Shown in pieces: positions 60,773-64,000 of a DNA stretch of 64,000 nucleotides. A program made the translations under genes and the position numbers. The DNA comes from Candidatus Poriferihabitaceae bacterium (GTDB lineage Bacteria; Pseudomonadota; Gammaproteobacteria; Arenicellales; Poriferihabitantaceae), in NCBI GenBank assembly GCA_965237995.1, contig CBDEGO010000003.1, positions 192,511 through 256,510 on the forward strand, given 5' to 3'. The notes under the pieces were generated by a model. The model saw only the letters and a program-made list of their open reading frames with translations. It had not been told where the DNA came from and ran no database searches. Position 1 is the stretch's first letter. Every line of letters starts with the position of its first letter.

Positions 60773-61723
60773 ATGAACCGAACACTAAACCAACCGTTAG
60801 GCGGCAACGATATGCCCCGTTTTGGTGGCATCGCCACCATGATGCGCTTACCCCACGTAACCTCTGCCGCTGGCATCGATGTTGGCTTTGTTGGCGTGCC
60901 GTTTGATATCGGCACCTCTAACCGTTCTGGCGCGCGGTTTGGACCGCGTCAAATACGTGCAGAATCTTGCCTAATTCGACCTTATAACATGGCAACACGC
61001 GCCGCACCTTTTGATTCCTTACAGGTCGCAGATATTGGCGACGTGGCCATCAATACATTTAACCTTGAAAAATCGATCAAGATAATTGAAGACAGTTTCG
61101 ACGACATTCTAGCAAACAACTGTAAGCCCCTCACAATGGGTGGCGACCACACCATCGCCCTGCCGATACTGCGTTCTATGGCAAAAAAGCACGGCCCAGT
61201 AGGCATAGTACACGTAGACGCCCATGCTGATGTTAACGACACCATGTTTGGCGAGCGCATCGCCCACGGCACGCCATTTCGCCGTGCTATCGAAGAGCAA
61301 TTAGTTGACCCTAAGCGTATGGTACAAATTGGCTTACGTGCAAGTGGTTATGAAGCCGATGATTTCGACTGGCCTCGCTCACAAGGCGTCCGTGTTGTAG
61401 CAGCAGAAGAGTGTTGGTATCAATCGCTTAAGCCGTTAATGGCAGAAGTACGTGAACAGTTAGGAGGTGGACCCGTTTACATTACCTTTGATATCGACGG
61501 CTTAGACCCAGCCTACGCCGCCGGCACAGGCACGCCCGAAATTGGCGGCTTATCTATTCATCAGGGCTTAGAAATTATTCGAGGTTGCAGAGGCTTAGAG
61601 ATAGTCGGGGGTGACTTGGTAGAAGTTGCACCCGCTTACGACACCACTGGTAACACTGCACTCACCGCTGCGAACTTACTGTTTGAAATGCTATGCGTTA
61701 TGCCCGGAGTTCAATATAGGTAG
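60773..61723 (+). CDS. Ureohydrolase (agmatinase/guanidino-acid hydrolase family)
   Basis: The Mn-ligand motifs are GGDHTI, VHVDAHADVND and TFDIDGLDP. Confidence 0.88.
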   Translation: MNRTLNQPLGGNDMPRFGGIATMMRLPHVTSAAGIDVGFVGVPFDIGTSNRSGARFGPRQIRAESCLIRPYNMATRAAPFDSLQVADIGDVAINTFNLEKSIKIIEDSFDDILANNCKPLTMGGDHTIALPILRSMAKKHGPVGIVHVDAHADVNDTMFGERIAHGTPFRRAIEEQLVDPKRMVQIGLRASGYEADDFDWPRSQGVRVVAAEECWYQSLKPLMAEVREQLGGGPVYITFDIDGLDPAYAAGTGTPEIGGLSIHQGLEIIRGCRGLEIVGGDLVEVAPAYDTTGNTALTAANLLFEMLCVMPGVQYR

Positions 61724-61736
61724 TACCAAAACCTTC

Positions 61737-62483
61737 TCATCGGCCGCCTGCGACATCCAATAGGGCACCGGTCACATAGGACGCCTCATCGGACAGTAGC
61801 CAAGCGATAGAAGCCGACACCTCTTCTGGTTGCCCACCGCGCTTCATCGGTATAGCCTGTTTTACCCTCTCGACTCGGTTAGGTTCACCGCCGTCTGCAT
61901 GAATGTCAGTCAATATCGGACCTGGCCGCACGCAATTTACCCTGATTCCTTGCTCGGCCACCTCAATCGATAAGCCCACCGTTAAGGTATCTACCGCCGC
62001 TTTGGATGCAGCATAATCTACATACTCAAAGGCGGAACCAAGCTTCGCCGCTAGAGAAGAAACATTTACAATTGCACCCCCGTTTCCACCGTGCTTTAGC
62101 GCCATGCGCTTTATCGCTTCTCGGCAACAGATAAAGTAACTGGTTACATTAGTGCTAAGCACTTTATTTATCCTTTGTGCATCCATTTGTTCAACTGACA
62201 TTTGCGTAAATAGCACACCGACATTATTTACCAATGCTGTAATAGGCCCAAGTCGGGTATCTATTTCCTCAAACAATTTAACAACTTCAGCCTCATTCGA
62301 CACGTCAGCTTGCACACTGATCACTTCGACACCTTGGTGGGTTAATTCTGCTGCTAATTGGTTTGCTTGTGCTTCATTCGATTTGTAATTTAAACAAATA
62401 GCATACCCCTTCGTCGCAAGCACCCTAGCAGTCGCTGCGCCAATTCCCCGACTCGATCCGGTGATCAAGGCCACTTGTTTCAT
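61737..62483 (-). CDS. SDR-family oxidoreductase
   Basis: The cofactor motif is TGSSRGIG and the catalytic motif is YAASK. The ATG at 62483 overlaps the upstream stop (ATGA). Confidence 0.85.
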   Translation of the reverse strand: MKQVALITGSSRGIGAATARVLATKGYAICLNYKSNEAQANQLAAELTHQGVEVISVQADVSNEAEVVKLFEEIDTRLGPITALVNNVGVLFTQMSVEQMDAQRINKVLSTNVTSYFICCREAIKRMALKHGGNGGAIVNVSSLAAKLGSAFEYVDYAASKAAVDTLTVGLSIEVAEQGIRVNCVRPGPILTDIHADGGEPNRVERVKQAIPMKRGGQPEEVSASIAWLLSDEASYVTGALLDVAGGR

Positions 62484-63109
62484 CGTGCTGTCCACTGCGT
62501 TTGCAATAACAAAGTACTCCCTGCGTATAATGAACCCGTATAGACACTCCCACTTTGTATAGCGCCTACGCCAGCGGGTGTCCCCGTCATCACGATATCT
62601 CCATCTACAAGTGTGGTAAAAGCCTGCAACTCTTCTAGGATGTCTTGCGGCTTATTGATCATCAACTCAACGCCGCCCTGTTGCGTGATGACATTATCAA
62701 CCTGCATTTGTAATGATAATGCTCCCCAACTTGCATCCAGTGCTACAAAATCACTAAATAGGGCTGCGCCGTCGAATGCCTTAGCCCGCTCCCATGGTAG
62801 CCCTTTGGACTTAAGCTGCGTTTGTAGTGCACGTTTCGTTAAATCAAAACCAAATGCGACCGCTACATAGTTGCCATCTTCGATCAAATAGCTTATCTCA
62901 CTTTCATAGTGTAAAGGTTCTCCAGCATGCGACAACAAATTACAACCAATAGCCGAATTTGGCTTTGAAAAAATGACCATTGAATCAGGCTCTTCGTTAT
63001 CAAGCTCTTTAATATGGTCGACATAATTGCGGCCAATGCATAAAATTTTAGTCGGCGCAATCTGTTGCCCACTAAATCTAACTGTTTGAAAAGAGGGTTG
63101 TATCATCAA
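62480..63109 (-). CDS. Fumarylacetoacetate-hydrolase (FAH) family protein
   Basis: The protein contains KILCIGRNYVDHIKE, FSKP, YESEI and GTPAGVG. Confidence 0.85.
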   Translation of the reverse strand: MMIQPSFQTVRFSGQQIAPTKILCIGRNYVDHIKELDNEEPDSMVIFSKPNSAIGCNLLSHAGEPLHYESEISYLIEDGNYVAVAFGFDLTKRALQTQLKSKGLPWERAKAFDGAALFSDFVALDASWGALSLQMQVDNVITQQGGVELMINKPQDILEELQAFTTLVDGDIVMTGTPAGVGAIQSGSVYTGSLYAGSTLLLQTQWTAR

Positions 63110-63131
63110 ATTTATTGTTAATCATGTTGGG

Positions 63132-63157
63132 GCTAAACTCTACCGTAAGAGTTTAGC
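63132..63157. promoter_or_regulatory. Perfect 10-bp inverted repeat in a divergent promoter region
   Basis: GCTAAACTCT-ACCGTA-AGAGTTTAGC lies between the FAH start (63109) and the dmdA-like start (63330). Confidence 0.45.
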
Positions 63158-63329
63158 GACTCAGTAGTCACCGGTATACAACATAAACCATGATGAGCGC
63201 GTATTTCTTGCCAGCGACGAATTTATCCACAAATGCGATTTGAGTTTATACGGCCTGCTAGATCAGAAGAAAAATGCCTTAGAATCGGCGCGTTTATTTG
63301 CCTTACCTATATTAAATTTAAACCTTATC

Positions 63330-64000
63330 ATGAGCGCACCCCTATTATCTATCTCTCGTCGTACGCGAACAACGCCTTTTACGTCTAGGGTGACTGACAA
63401 CGGTGTTAGTGCTTACACCGTCTACAACCGCATGTTGCTGCCTACTGTTTTTGAGTCATTGGAAGCTGACTATTGGCATTTATGTGAGCACGTACAAGTT
63501 TGGGATGTATCCGCAGAACGACAAGTAGAAATTAGAGGTACAGATGCGGCTAAGTTAGTCCAGCTGATGACGCCTAGAAACATTGAAAAAGCGCAAATTG
63601 GCCAATGCTTTTACTTACCTCTATGTGACGAGCACGGTAAATTGCTCAACGACCCCGTTGGCTTAAAATTGGCAGAAGACCATTGGTGGTTATCATTGGC
63701 TGATTCCGACATCTTACTTTGGGCCAAAGGTTTAGCTACAGGATTTGGACTCGGCGTAAACATACATGAGCCCGAGGTCTTTCCACTTGCCGTGCAAGGG
63801 CCAAAAGCAGATGAGCTAATGGCACGCGTGTTCGGCAAGGCCATTCATGATATTCGCTTCTTTAGGTTTCAACGTTTGAACTTCAATGGGCAGCCATTTG
63901 TTGTCGCTCGCTCGGGTTGGAGCAAACAAGGCGGTTTCGAAATTTACGTAGAAGGAGCGGAGCACGCCGAGCCATTGTGGAACGCCTTGTTTTCCAATGG
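63330..64000 (+). CDS. GcvT-family aminomethyltransferase, DmdA-like (3' end runs off the window)
   Basis: Hand translation gives MSAPLLSISRRTRTTPFTSRVTDNGVSAYTVYNRMLLPTVFESLEADYWHLCEHVQVWDVSAERQVEIRG...LAVQGPKADELMARVFG...VARSGWSKQGGFEIYVEG. This resembles the DMSP demethylase DmdA N-terminal pattern as I recall it. Confidence 0.7.
   Translation, partial: MSAPLLSISRRTRTTPFTSRVTDNGVSAYTVYNRMLLPTVFESLEADYWHLCEHVQVWDVSAERQVEIRGTDAAKLVQLMTPRNIEKAQIGQCFYLPLCDEHGKLLNDPVGLKLAEDHWWLSLADSDILLWAKGLATGFGLGVNIHEPEVFPLAVQGPKADELMARVFGKAIHDIRFFRFQRLNFNGQPFVVARSGWSKQGGFEIYVEGAEHAEPLWNALFSN

Overview
This is a 64-kb chromosomal segment from what looks like a marine gammaproteobacterium. Gene content and synteny suggest Oceanospirillales or Alteromonadales, but the taxon cannot be verified from here. 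Most of the window is housekeeping: rpsF (partial), the aapJQMP amino-acid ABC transporter, an OmpR/histidine-kinase pair, metZ, maeB, purA-DUF2065-hflCK, trpF-truA, a minus-strand central-carbon block (tkt-gap-pgk-pyk-fba, with a 1-nt frameshift in pgk), lnt-ybeY-phoH-miaB, asmA-dusA and gshA. A tRNA-Arg(CCU) at 38.7 kb is followed by a tyrosine integrase and a degenerate island of about 7 kb (38.7-46.0 kb). The island carries an orphan cassette: a 764-aa Cys-rich protein with no domain I can name, a possible 59-aa ORF, and three AT-rich membrane or exported proteins. IS6 and IS3 scars follow it. This cassette is the best candidate for an undescribed system, but its function cannot be assigned from sequence alone. 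Downstream lies a Rhizobium-type glycerol regulon: glpR, two ATPases, two permeases, DUF2160, glpD, an intact IS200, glpK, and a binding-protein gene with a phased GlpR-operator-like array. After that come an Lrp-associated amino-/guanidino-acid cluster and a DmdA-like gene that runs off the window. I saw no rRNA, CRISPR array or phage structural genes. All homology calls rest on recognising motifs in the translated ORFs, not on database searches.
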